A DNA stretch of 62,827 bases, filler included, from 14 parts of 14 records of this genome joined end to end with filler, not necessarily neighbours in it; one strand, 5' to 3'; counted from the first letter of the whole stretch, positions 35,401 to 48,095 are shown. Translations and numbers: made by a program. Notes: a model not told the origin generated them from the letters alone.

Positions 35401-36499
35401 ACCATTGCACCTTCCTGCGCGTGCTGCTGTGTGCGATCGTTGTCTGTTAGCCGCGCCTGCATCTCCTGCTTCGTGCCTGCCACACCAACATGCGCGTGTC
35501 AAGTGTTCCACGTCGCTGTTGGATCGACGCCAGAGGTGGTGCATTGTTTGCACACCTTTCGGACTCAACCCACGCTTAGACAGCTCAGCTCGTAGCTGCT
35601 GTACGCTCATGCCCGCCATCTTGGCCGTGGTCAGCTGTTCACGCAGCGCCTCTACCTCTGCACGTAAGGCCGCAACAACTGCGCCCTCGCCGCTTCTCTC
35701 GTTCGGTGAGGCGGACTCAACTGCGACGCCGGCGGCGATAATGGCCTCAAGGCGCCGCACCTCTGACTCCCAACCCTCCGCGGCCTTCGCTGCCGCTTCG
35801 GCAGCTTGATCAGATGCTACCCGAATCTCGTTGAGCTCTACTGCCTTGGAGTCCAGCTCCTCCTGGAGCTGCACCTCGCGCCCGGCAGTGGCATCCAGCT
35901 GCGCGGCCGCCTGTGGCAAACGAGCGGATAATAACTGAATGCGATGGGCGGGAGCGAAGCTGTCTGTACGCGAAGACGCATTACCAGAAAACTTACCAGC
36001 TGTTCCTCCAGGTCGGCACACTTGGCCTCGAGTGCACTTGATTGTGCAGCGCACTCATCGCGCACCTGCTGGACCTTGGCCTTGGCCTTCGCGGTAATCG
36101 CCTCCTTGAGGGCGAGCTTGCTCGCTTCTGACTCCGCCAGCTGGCCTTCCAGTCGCTGCCGCGTGTCCAGTAGCTCTGCTTTCGCTCGTGCCACCTCTAG
36201 GGCGAGTTCCTTCTTCAAGCGCTGCACCGGGTCAGGGTCCTCGGGGTCGGGCGGCAGCGGATCCGGCACAGTTGCAGTTGTCTTCGCCTTCGGCTTGAGC
36301 CTGACCTTCGGCTTCTGCTTGGCAGGGGATTTCTTCACAGTGCCACGCTTGCCGCTGCGCGGCGCCGCCGCCCCACCCTCCGCCACCTTCGTGGGGAGCG
36401 CGGCAGGCGGCGACGGCGCGGGTGTCCAGCCGTCGTCGTCGCCCCATCCGTCGTCTGCCGAGGGGCCAGGCTGCTGCTGCGGCGGCGGCGGCGGCGGCG
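32432..36499 (-). CDS. Long coiled-coil protein, many exons, truncated at contig ends
   Basis: Successive E/K/A/L-rich heptad exons separated by short GT-AG introns; no specific domain. Confidence 0.6.
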
Positions 36500-36599
36500 N
36501 NNNNNNNNNNNNNNNNNNNNNNNNNNNNNNNNNNNNNNNNNNNTTAATTAATTAANNNNNNNNNNNNNNNNNNNNNNNNNNNNNNNNNNNNNNNNNNNN

Positions 36600-39500
36600 A
36601 TGGTACTTCGAGTCAACGGTGCTCTTCATTTAACGTCCTGGCCCAGGACGCAACTCCCTCCTTAGTCGGGACAGTTCTGGTCTGCCGACTCTCCACCGAG
36701 GTTGAGTTAGTGCCATGAGCCACCACATTGCAGTACGGCCGCCTGAATGGTAGAAGACCTTCTAGCTGCTCGATTCTGACTGATAACTGCCCGCACAACA
36801 ATGGATTCCCGTCTTCGAAGACGACTTCCGGGTCAAATGATGGCTCTTTGTGGTGTACCGTCTCATGACCCTCCAGATGCTCGATGGTTTCTACTAGCTC
36901 ATCCTTCAAACGTGTGAGGATCCCCGCCGTCTTTCGTTTGATGGCAGGAGCGGAGTGTACACCTATTGTAAGAGCTGCCCACGTGTGTGCGAACCCATCC
37001 ATATCCTCAGGTAAGATCTCATCCTCCTGGATTGTGCCGGACTGTTCCGCATCAAAGTTGCTCAGGACTGTGACGATCAAAAGGTTGACACACACCCACA
37101 CAGCCACAAAATAAAACGATCCAAAGAACGCGAAGGCCGTCCAGAAATCAGCTCCAAGAAACTGCAGGTCTGTAACAAACGGCTCCAATTCTTGGCCGAA
37201 AACGATTTGCATAAGCAACTGAAAGCTGCTTGTGAAGTCGCTGAAGTTAGTGTGGTCAGTGTAATATGAGCAGCTGGGGCATGCCACTCCGAGCATGCGC
37301 TTTTCAAGCCGCAGGATTGGCGCCTGCAGCACTGACAGCCCCAATTCTTCAACCCTCTCATCGGTTGGCAGGCCGCCAAACAGGTTCATACCGATGATGC
37401 TGTAAAGATACACCACAAGAGATGTGATCATAATGACCCCGAAACTCGCGCGAATGCACGTGATTAGCACATCAATTAGAGCAACAAGAGCAGGGATCTT
37501 GGATGCGAGGACTACAATCCGAAAGACGCGCATGACTCGAAGAGCTTCGATGCCTGACGTGTCACCGGACAGCCTGTAGTACAACGAAATAGTCACCAGG
37601 ATGAAATCGGATACAAGCCACCCATTGTTAAAGAACGCCTTCGGCCCAAATCCAATCATCTTTATCATGACTTCCAAGCCGCACAGGCCCAAGAACAGTG
37701 CGTTCAGATAGGTCACGACCAGAAAATGTTCAGGGATAGTCGGATACATGTCACTCGCAAGTGTGACGGTGTTGCCAACAATGACTGCTCTCCAAAACAT
37801 CTCGGCCCGCTCGTCGGTAGACACCAGGAAGAAGAATGATCGCAGCTTGAACCACCACATGGGTGTCGGCTGGCCGCAGCATTTAGTGAGTGCAGATGGT
37901 CTCAAGCCTTCTTCATCCGTCTCTCCTGGATTGTAGGCCAACAGCATGTGGCGTGTACCGTTCCACTGCTTCTCTCCAATCGTTCGCACAGCAAGCCCAC
38001 TGCTTTTCTCAAATGATGCTGACAGCACACCGAGAAACAGGTTTAGAAAGAAGCACGTGAACGTAATGTGAAACGCAACCCAGTATCCCTTCAAACTGTT
38101 TGTGCTTGCCGCAGTTCTTAACATTAGCCCATGGGTACCGTCTGTCAAAGATATGAACAGCGTAGCCAAGCTGAGCGGGCTGCTGTCGAAGTTGAAGGAC
38201 GGGCTGCTCCACTCGTAGGCTCCTGTTAGGTTTTGACCCGCGGTAAGCTCGTTCATTGCTAAGCATTCTGTCTCGTTTTCATACTGCTTTAAGGTCACCA
38301 GAGGGTTAGCAGTTGCGATACAACGTCTCAGCACACCGCCAAACCAGGCGACACCGACAATTGCATACACCACGCCCATTAGCAGAAGTGGCAGCACCAC
38401 CACTGCCGTGTCAGGAATCGCTCTGACGAAGGAAATCAATACCAGTGAAATAGCTGGATTCTTTGTCAAGTTTAGCAATGGTGTAATTATACGGCCTACT
38501 CGCAGTGCCCTCGCCCACTGCCCGGCAATAGGCACTCCTGGCAAGTAGGCGACCAGGCATAACGAAATGATCACAAAATCGAGAACATTTAGACCGGCAC
38601 GCATGTACGGCTCGGTCGGTCCAGACTTGAACACGAAGCCGTGAATGATGATTTTCAGCAAACACTCATATGCAAAAGTGGCGAGAACAACCAGGTTGAT
38701 CCAGAAATACATGTCTTTTCCAAGAAATGTAGCTGGCATATATTGCAGTGGGTTGACAGCTTCCATATCAACTCCCGGTATGCTGTTGAGCTGATTGTCT
38801 GCAAGTTGAGACTTCGCAGCTGCAGCCGCGGCTACCAGTTCAACACTGTCGCCTCGACCCTCTGCTGCCAGGGAGGCACAAGAAAAGACGATAAGGCTCG
38901 AGATCATCTTGGAGAACCATGGGCTCTGTTGAATCCTTGCGCAGCGCATACGCAGCGAGCTGTCCACCGCGAAGAGATACAGCGACTTGTTGCTCGCAGC
39001 ATGCCGAGTCTCGTCGTCAAGACCGTCCACATACGTCAAGAACTGCTGCACAATGGTTGACTGTTCGGTCTGCGTGTAGCCCTTGGCAAGGTCCTGTTCC
39101 ACTGTGGCCTCCAGCACCGAAGTTGAGACGTTCGCCAGGTCGCGCACCATTTTACGCTGCTGTCGATCGTACATGCGCTTCTGCGTCGGCATCTTGTCCT
39201 GCTCTGGGACCGAGAAATTTTCAAGCAGCATCGCAACATACAACGAGAACAGAATGCAGTTCATCCACAGGTACATGGAGATGAAGAAGAGTGTGATTAC
39301 CCACGACGGATAACCATAGCCCTCTGAAGCGTTCTGCATGTACCAGTACATGGATGCGGCCCAGTCCTCTCCCACTGTCATCTCGAAAGTCGTGAGTAGA
39401 CCGTTTCCAAAGGTCTCGTAGTGCGTAGGGAGTTGCCGGTTGTATTCTTCAATACCAACGTTAGGCCCAAGTGAACCGCCGAATAGATGCATACCGATGA

Positions 39501-41200
39501 TCGCAAACATGCACATGGAGAAGAGGCTGAAAATAGAGTGGATCATGATTGGCTTCCATGCTTGGAAAATCGTTTGCACCATCGTTACCAATGACTTCGA
39601 CCGGTTTAGCAGCCTCACAACCTGTAGCGCGCGAAGCAGTCGAACAGCTCGAAGCGATTGCATCGAACCCATCTGATCATCTGCAGATCCGCCCAGCATG
39701 GCCTTTACCTGCTTCCGGAAGAAAGTGGCAAAAAATCCGAGTAATGAGGCCAAGATCACGAAGAGGTCAAAACGATTTGCCTTCGATTCGATATACATTT
39801 TCCAGCCACTCGCGAGCAACTTCAGTACAGCTTCCACAAGGTAGCACACCAAGAAGACGACCTCGAAGTTCAACAGAATCGTCTCCAGCTCTTCGTCCAT
39901 ATCCTCTTTTGACAACGCCATTGTAATGGTGTTCCCAACAATTACTAAGGATGAGAGTGTCTCAAAATTTGAGGACAACACTATTCGCTTCGACAGGTTG
40001 CGCACACGTGAGCACCTGCTGCGGCTGGCCTCTATTTCGTCGCTTGATCCGTCCTGACTCTCCGGAATCCAAAACTTGTCAGCAAGCCTTTCCTCGAGTG
40101 GGCGTTGTCTTTCGACGTCTTCCACTTCCTTAGCCTCCCGAACCAGCTTCTCCTCAGGCGTCTCAGTGCGTATCTCCTCATCCCTCATCTGGTCCAGCAT
40201 CTTCTGTTTCTGTTCAGCGATCTCATCCGATCTCGCGTTCACATCACTATATGCTGAGCAGCAGATTGCAAGGAACAAATTCAACGCAAGTAGATTCATC
40301 AGCACGGACGTGCAGAAGGACATCAACCAGGCCCGATTGGACGCGCTATCGCCGACGCCAGCACTGTACAGCGCCAGTGGCATCGTATGCATTCCTCCGT
40401 CCCCAGTAGTCTGCACGAATACTGTAAGCAAACCGCGTACAAAATCGTCGAAGTCCCGGAATCCAAACGAGTCTGCGCCGATCGGCCTCGGTGCCGGTAA
40501 GGGGGCGCAGTACGTGTACGCCTCACACGATCCATCTGATCCAGACAACGACGGTGGACAATTCACTGGACACTCATTACCCATAGCATCCGCTCGTGCA
40601 AGCTGCTCTGCAGAACACACTGGGCGTGTCGCATCCTCTCCTGGCTCACCAATACACGTGTACTGCAGCGCCCCGGCAAAGCTATTCGTGCCGACTAAAG
40701 TCAGGATCGACATCAAGAAGAGCAACAGCAAGCAGACCGTGCCAAAAAGTGACAGTGACTCTTGAAGCGTAGTGATGATCATGTCAACATTATCAATCAT
40801 CCGCAGCGTGCGCAGCGGCCTGACGATGCGTAGCACACGGCCGACAGAAAAAAGCTTCTCCAGCTTGTGGGCGACCTCTCCGCCCATCACATCGCTAGCC
40901 ATGTCGCTGCTTTCGGCGGCCACAGTGACAGCGGGCATCATTATCGATGCCCAATTGCAGACCAATACAAAAACGTGTATCTGCCACCAGCCTTGGAAGA
41001 CACACGTGTGAATTTTGCCAGCCGCGAACAATGGTTGCATTTCCAGCAGCAGCTCTACACCCATATGAGTAGCAACGAATATCTCTAAAATGCGGAGTGC
41101 CGCATAGAGATCTGGCGGTGGCGGCACGGCTGGACTCTGCAGAGCCAGTGCCACCATCGATAAGAACACCATGAAGAGCACCGTTGACTCGAAGTACCAT
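36600..41200. repeat. Exact 30-bp terminal inverted repeat (36600-36629 / 41171-41200)
   Basis: ATGGTACTTCGAGTCAACGGTGCTCTTCAT and its reverse complement at the two contig ends. Confidence 0.95.
36613..41200 (-). CDS. Four-repeat (4x6TM) voltage-gated cation channel alpha subunit, Cav/Nav-like; partial, with a C2-like segment starting at the C-terminal end
   Basis: S4 segments RVLRIVRPLRTLR, SLRAVRLLRALQVVR, ARALRVGR, ALRVMRVFR; four pore loops; S6 motifs LNLFLAII, FSLYVAMLLENF, LNLFLGVL, VNLLIVTVLSNF. Confidence 0.92.
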
Positions 41201-41300
41201 NNNNNNNNNNNNNNNNNNNNNNNNNNNNNNNNNNNNNNNNNNNNTTAATTAATTAANNNNNNNNNNNNNNNNNNNNNNNNNNNNNNNNNNNNNNNNNNNN

Positions 41301-44300
41301 GTAGTGATTCGCCTTTCGTACCGATGGCTGCGGCTTCAGACATAGAAGTGGCCTTACGTCGGTGTCCACGGAAGAGCATCCAGGCGAAGACAGATGGAAA
41401 GCCTCCTCCCCATAGGACTGCTGTAAACCAGCTCACCCAGGCAATCAGCGTGTAGCTACCGTCGTCGTCGTTGCAGACGATTGGCAATTCGTGCCTCATT
41501 CTCATAATAGCTGGGTCCGCCTGCTCGTGATGCAAGCTCAGGCACGAGTGCGGGATGAGCGGCTGAAGACCAACCTCAAGAAGTGCGGGCCACATGAACC
41601 AACTCAGCGCCACGAAGGTGGCAACAAGCTGATCCTGAAGCTTCGGCACAATATTCATGATCTCATCGAAGTTTGCAGAGCCAGGGTGCGGCAGTGTGCT
41701 GGGCTTGACTATTCGCCACCTTACAATTGCCAGCAAGCTAGAAATCAGGAACAGCGCTGGTGGAAGCAAGGCGTAGGTCATGGCAGTGAGTTCCGCTCGC
41801 CGAGGGCCTTCAGCCGGCAGTAATGACAGCATGCAGTTGAACGACTCCGAGTCGGCGAAAAAAAATGAGCTCAGCCCTGCCTGCACGCTGAACAGTGCTG
41901 CAACGGCGGCGCTCAGCCCATCCGTTTCCCATGCAGTCGGGTCCCGCAGCGAGTAGATGGCACGGCTGCTCACGAGGAACGAGACCAGCGTCTTGAGCAG
42001 CGCTGGCGTGTTGCTGGCCTCGGCTTGGTATACCGTGGACGACACGAAGGCCAAAGCCGCACACAGTGCGAGGTAGAGCAGGATTGTCACCGCGAGCCAT
42101 GGATACGTGACCCCAGTGGTGCAGATGGTGCACTCTGAGGAGTGGCGTCCACGGGCGTATCCGGCTGCACAGGCTGCGCAGAGTGGCCCCACAGCCCCCT
42201 CAGAGCAGAGGTTCAGTCCGCCGTTTGCGCTGCCCACACACTGAGATGGGACAGGGCACTGATAGAATTGGGTGTCGTCTAGTGCTGCCCTCCAAAACCC
42301 AGGAGCTGTCACGACCTGATCCAACGTGGTATCATAGACTGTGCACACCGCGCCATTGTGGCACGGCACACAGAACGTGCTCCCGTTGGCGATCTGTGAG
42401 AACGATCCAGGCTTGCACAGACACTCGCTACGTGAAGTCGACCCGATGTTTCCGGCAGTATCCTTGAGCTTCATCTGGTCAGGGTCTTCGCTGCAAGGAC
42501 TGCACTCAAAGTTGCCCTGAGTAGTCTTGTAGAAACCGTTCAGGCAGCGGCTACACACAGTCGAGTCTGTGCGCATCTCCCACCCGCTGTCACACAGACA
42601 CGCTGTGCCGTTGCTGTTTGGCACCTCGCCCTCACGTGGGCAATCGAACGCCAGATGGAGCAAGGACAGGTGCTGTGCGGGGACGTTACCGACAGCAGCT
42701 GAGTAGACCACATCCTCGCTAACTGGTGCCTCCACTGTCAATGTCCAGTTAAGATACGGTTGCCCCGTTCGGGACCTCAAGTCGTTCTGGCCGATCAAGG
42801 CGATTTCTTGAACTACTTGCCAGTTGTCTTGGTCGAAATGCACGCATCGAGGTTTGGCTACCGCTGGCTGGAACCAGCAGCCACAGAAGTCCGGGACCAA
42901 CTCGTTACACTTCGGCACACCTGTGTGCAGCCCAGCTGCATCGACAGTGGCCATGCTGCTTGAGACGGGGCAGACTGCCGGCACAGCAGTCCCGTTGGTA
43001 GGATCGGTACCCGAAGTAGCGGTAGCAAGCTGCTGCGCTGGTATGAACATGGGCTGCACGCTGACCCTTACGGCCACGGAGCCTGTGCCAGCTGCTGGGC
43101 GGCTGAGTAGGTGCAGAGACAGCAAGGCCTCGCCACCGTTGTCCGTGGTGACGGCGGGATGCTGAACAGTCGCATTCACTCCCGCTTGCTGAAAGATCGG
43201 CATGGTCACGGCTTGGCCGTCGTCCAACTGGAGCCATAGAGATGTTGGCGGCGAGAGCTTGTTGAATTCTGGGCTTGCACTCATGACAAGCATGCCTGAA
43301 GTTGTGCCCACCAAATGCGCTTCTTTTGAGCTTCTCGATGCTACCACCTCGCGCTGATCGAGAGTTACTCGCACTCCGGTGCTATTTGGTCCGTACGCCA
43401 GCCCTTGCCCCTGGAGCACGACCCCCACCGTCTGCTGGTGTTCCGGTGGTGGCGTGTCCATCCGCTCGCTCATCAACACTCCGGCAATAGTTTCGGATGA
43501 AATCACGGTGGCTGTGTCAGGCTGCACCCGAGGCAGCGGTTTATGGCAGCCGTTGCAGCAATTGCAAAGCTGATCGCCGGTCGAGCTGCTTCCGTCACAC
43601 GTGATCTCGTCTGCTGCCGCCACGCACTCAGGAACATAGCTGCAGCTCCAAGTCGAGCCACTACGACTGGCGCAAGCTGCCCGTCTGAGTGACTCGGTAG
43701 AAAATTCAGGCAACGACAAGTCGATTGACTCACACGGAGTGCCATGTGAGGCAGTGCATGCCTCAGCAATCGTGGTCACAAGTGGTTGGTACTCGCAGCT
43801 CTGTCCTTCAAATCTACACTGACTCGCCACGCCGTTCGTCTGCACTGACTCGCACACACTGTAAAGAGCACTGGTCGGCGGCACCGAGTCCGGTGCAGTG
43901 CATTGCTCGAGAACCCCAACCCAAGGTTGGTAGGTGCAGCCACCACCCTCCACGTCTTCGCACGCCTCCCGAGTGTTGTCCAGGGTCACAGAATCACACC
44001 GATCTGTAGCAGAATCAATGCAGCTGGGACCGTCAGACTCACACACGAGGCTGTCGAACACAAACGTGTTGACCATGGCGACCTCCGTTCGCCCCGTCAA
44101 CCTCATTGCTGGCCCGCCCGGGGATCTGCCCAGCGGAATTTCACCCCAGCTGCGTCTGCGAGGCCTCTGGACGCGGTTGTCCGAAAAGGTCACATCAACC
44201 AGCTCCACAACGCTGCTGTGGAAGTACGCCCCACCACCACCGCCAGCCTCCTCGCCATCCTCCTCGCCAGCAGAAGTTGCTGAACAGCTCTGTATGTTGA

Positions 44301-44870
44301 CATTCCTCAGAACGACTCGAGAACCGATGGCCAGAATCCCCCCACCCTTCTGTGCTACACAGTTTTTGATGGTCAGGGACTCGAACGTGATGGTGACATT
44401 GGGCAGTGGAGCAGCTCTGCTGTCGATGGAGAAACCTTGGGCACTACCTTGGCAGTCAATGATCGTCTTCAGTGGCCCTGAACCTCTCAGAGTGATGGTC
44501 TTGTCTCCCAGAACGACTGCACGGTTCTCCAGACCAGTGAACAGCCTTGTGCCTAATTCCAAAACATCGCCATCCATTGCTTCGTCAACGGCCGCCTTGA
44601 TACTCCTGGCCATCATAGATGCCCTGGTAATCTGCCTCGACGGCTCCGGCGACCACCATTCTTTGTTAAGGAAGCTCACATTAAACCGTTGGGTTGAGCA
44701 ATGGGAGCCTTCCGAGGCATGCCCTGAGGAGCACTGGCATATCCGTTGGGGCAGGCATGTGCCTTGGGAGGCGCCACCACAAGAGAGAAGCTCGCCTGTG
44801 TAGCACCATGGAACAGGCTCAAACGTCATGTCAAAGCCGCCAGCCATCGGTACGAAAGGCGAATCACTAC
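41301..44870 (-). CDS. Large cell-surface protein: EGF-like, beta-helix (pectin-lyase/Pmp-like GGG repeats), Cys-rich GCC2/3-like repeats, multi-TM region; partial
   Basis: Open frame of about 1,190 aa with GGGIL/GGGAY repeats, CLNGFYKTTQGNFECSPC, PGFWR...CSEGAVGPLCAACAAGY and several hydrophobic helices. Confidence 0.75.
41301..44870. repeat. Exact 30-bp terminal inverted repeat (41301-41330 / 44841-44870)
   Basis: GTAGTGATTCGCCTTTCGTACCGATGGCTG and its reverse complement at the two contig ends. Confidence 0.95.
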
Positions 44871-44970
44871 NNNNNNNNNNNNNNNNNNNNNNNNNNNNNN
44901 NNNNNNNNNNNNNNTTAATTAATTAANNNNNNNNNNNNNNNNNNNNNNNNNNNNNNNNNNNNNNNNNNNN

Positions 44971-45930
44971 TGAGCCTGAGCCTGAGCCTGAGCCCGAGCC
45001 TGATTTCGGACCGGCACCGTATACACGACGTAAAGATCCGCAGCGTTTTACGGCAGGGCTGCAGAGAGGAGTTGGTGCGTCTAATAGTACAAGTGGTAGC
45101 AGGCGACGTGGCTGGCAAGACTTCGACCACATGGGTATTTCGCAGGTGGCGACTGAGCCTCCATCCACTCGCTTTGGACTGCCGGACGGAATGGGCGGAG
45201 TCAGTACAACACCAGCGGCAGCCGCTGTTTTGGATTCGGTAGCTATGCCGACAATGCCAGATGCGAGTGCACCGATGCTCCCACCGTCGCCCCTCTTTCG
45301 ATGAATCGGTTGAATGATGAGAATCAATAATTTTTGCAGCAGCAAGCGGTCTTTTACCGAAAGAGTGACAACCAAGTAAATAACGATGAAGTTCTGCTTG
45401 CTTGCCCCCATTAGATGGTTGCGGCGGTTGTGGTTGCGGCGGTGGTAACGATGGGTCATTTAGGTCTATAATGAGCGTGACTATGTTTGCAGCACGCCAG
45501 CCTATCCTCTTCCATCGACCTTCCGTAAGCCTGTTCAATCGTGCAGCTGGCTATCACGCAGAAGCTCGTCTGCAAGTTCAGTCACACATACACACACACC
45601 CTAGGCCGGTTTGTGGTGGTGTCGGCGTGGGCGTCAGCCGAAAACATCGCAAATCGTCCCAACCCTCGGGACCAAAAGGAGAAGGACCCACGAATGCTAG
45701 GGGTCCGACGTCCGGCCGTGGCGCTACCTGCTGTTCCTCGTGCCTCCCCTCTGCGTCCCGAGTACGGACTACCCCTAGCACCCCATTGGCCTTGACCTTC
45801 AACTTCTTGATCACCTGCGTGGTCCACTTTAGTCTTCGTGCCAGCGGCTCAGAATCAGGCTGCACTGCTTCCGCCCCGCTGTCCTCTCCCTTCTCATCTA
45901 CTTCGGTGCCCCCACACCCAACTGCACTTC
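44971..45930 (-). CDS. Possible hypothetical spliced gene fragment
   Basis: Short exon-like ORFs (45578-45865, ~45430-45538, 44971-45300) with no recognised domain. Confidence 0.25.
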
Positions 45931-46287
45931 CATCTCGATCTGATTCTGATTACTATAATAGATCTAGCTCAAGCTAGTATAGTACATGTGTTAATACATG
46001 TGTTAACACATGTACTAGATCTAGCTAGATCAGTATTGGATTCTCACAGGCCGCGAGAAATGACTTGAGCTTATACTCGGTGATACTATGAATAGTAGAT
46101 GCATGAATTCTGAGTTCATACAGCTGAATGCTGATCCGCCCGGGATCCTGAGTTGCCGTACCTGGGTACTCCAGGTCGATTCTTATCAGTACAAAATCAA
46201 CACCGACCTGGGTACAGTAGGAAGCTAGCTGTGGTGCTCCTGTGGTCGCAGAACGACGAGGAAGGAGGCTTCGGTGCAGTGCAGCTC

Positions 46288-47982
46288 ATGTCTGGGGCGC
46301 AGCTGCGCAGCGCGGCGCGAGTGGGCGACGCTCTGGAGGTCGCTCGACTGCTGGACGGGCAGTTCAAGGGGACGCAGACCTCGCGGCGGTTGGACAGGCT
46401 GGCCGTCTGTGTGCAGCGCCTGCTGCGGGAGCACGAGCAGAGGCATGCGGCGGAGCCTGAGGCTGTGCCGAAGTTCATGACGCTGGAGGTGCTGCTGGAG
46501 GAGTATCGTCGCGCCAACGACGGTGCGGTGCTGCGTCCGCTGGACTATGGATTCCGCGAGCTTGCAGCCCTGGTTGAGGCGCTGCCCAGCACGTGCTGTC
46601 AGCTGACGTACCCGGGAGACGGGGTAACGGCAATCATGCCCGCCGTGCAGGCGAACTCGGCGGCGTACAACATAGCGGGTGGGATTCCCGATGCGCGGCT
46701 GAGGCTGCCAGTCAATGCGAGTGACAGCAACGGACGTTCAGCTCTATGGTGGGCTGCAAAGGGGGGCCAAGAGGAGGTCGTGCAGCTGCTGCTGAGACGG
46801 AACGCTGCAGCCGAAGTGTGCGACCGCAGCACAGGCAACACTGCGCTGCTGGTGGCTGCGGCGGGCGGTCACGCGGGCGTGGTGCAGTTGCTGCTGAAAC
46901 ACGGTGCGGATCCCAACGCCGTCAACGCAAAGGGAAACACCGCGATCATGATCGCACGGTCACGGGAGATCGCGCAAGCTTTGATCGTGTCTGGAGGAGA
47001 TGCGACAATCAAAAACTACGTCGAGCAGTCTGATATGTCAGGTGGGCTGATGCGCGAGCCAAAGAAGTCCGGCGGCCCACCACGTGGGCATGCAGCCGCA
47101 CAGCGCAGCCGTATGGGAGCAACTGGGAGGAAGCTGGGCAGCGCAAAGATAGGAGCGTGCGAAATCCTGTCACCGTTTACGTGCGGGCCTCCGAACACTG
47201 AACGCGGCGTCCACTTCGGCAGCGATCGCAGTGAGATAGCAGTTTGGGGAACTGTTGCGTCCACACACGAACGCACTGCTGCTGATGTGCAGTGGTCACT
47301 TGGGCACAAAGATGTAGCGCGGTTCCTTGAGCATCACAAGACACCACAGCAGTCTGAGCAGCAGGCCGCGAGGCTGCTGGCAGCAGGGGACTCTCTTGGT
47401 GCAGCAGAAGCAGCAACAGTCGGGCTCGCTTCCATTGCATGCAGCAAACGTGCGCTGCTTTTAGACAGTGGCGATATGACGACAAAGATGAAGGCCGGCG
47501 CAGAGTATCGCCAGCTTGAGGCTACGCAGCAAACACTGAAAGATTTGCGAGAGCAGAGTCGCTCGACAGAGCTGCGAGGCGCATTGCGGCGCATGAAAAC
47601 CACCGATCTACTGAAGTTGAGCCCGACGACAGCGACTGCACTGGTCGAAGATCGACGTTGGATGCCAATGGGGAACCGGGGAACAAGTGAGCAGGTTGAG
47701 CAGCGACATATCGACTTGGCATTGGCGATCCCAGACGACATCGAAGGCGAGAAGGAGACTCTGGCCGCTCAGAAGAAATCGATGATCGAGACCTTGCTCG
47801 AGCGGCACCACGCAATGCTTGCCGCAAGAGTAGCAGCTGCAGGCCAGCGTGACGAGGCGGAGCCCGGTGCACTATTACACGTGAATCGAGCGACGCAGGA
47901 AATGAGTTCAACCGACTCAGGGCGAACGGATGTGACGCAGACCAAGAGCATGCGAGTTCGAGGAATGCCAGCTTGGAATTGA
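46288..47982 (+). CDS. Ankyrin-repeat protein with an inserted LOTUS/OST-HTH domain
   Basis: LRSAARVGDALEVARLL, then VQRLL...LEVLLEEYRRAN...PLDYGFRELAALVEALP (LOTUS-like), then VNASDSNGRSALWWAA, GNTALLVAA, GADPNAVNAKGNTA. Confidence 0.75.
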   Translation: MSGAQLRSAARVGDALEVARLLDGQFKGTQTSRRLDRLAVCVQRLLREHEQRHAAEPEAVPKFMTLEVLLEEYRRANDGAVLRPLDYGFRELAALVEALPSTCCQLTYPGDGVTAIMPAVQANSAAYNIAGGIPDARLRLPVNASDSNGRSALWWAAKGGQEEVVQLLLRRNAAAEVCDRSTGNTALLVAAAGGHAGVVQLLLKHGADPNAVNAKGNTAIMIARSREIAQALIVSGGDATIKNYVEQSDMSGGLMREPKKSGGPPRGHAAAQRSRMGATGRKLGSAKIGACEILSPFTCGPPNTERGVHFGSDRSEIAVWGTVASTHERTAADVQWSLGHKDVARFLEHHKTPQQSEQQAARLLAAGDSLGAAEAATVGLASIACSKRALLLDSGDMTTKMKAGAEYRQLEATQQTLKDLREQSRSTELRGALRRMKTTDLLKLSPTTATALVEDRRWMPMGNRGTSEQVEQRHIDLALAIPDDIEGEKETLAAQKKSMIETLLERHHAMLAARVAAAGQRDEAEPGALLHVNRATQEMSSTDSGRTDVTQTKSMRVRGMPAWN

Positions 47983-48095
47983 TGGCATTTTACAAAATTA
48001 TCACAGTGCTCATCATAGCAATGCATGTATATACGATAGTTTTCATTCGGTACACGTCGAGCACATACTAGTATGTCCACCTTTGCTATGCTCAA

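Noticed and set aside
11026-41200. A calcium/flagellar gene cluster (EFCAB9, EF-hand protein, channel, Sfi1-like)
   Set aside because: The genes are on different contigs, so adjacency is artificial. The channel is four-repeat, not a single-repeat CatSper subunit.
36600-44870. TIR DNA transposons or linear mini-chromosomes
   Set aside because: The repeats differ between contigs, derive from host coding sequence, and there is no transposase or telomere sequence.
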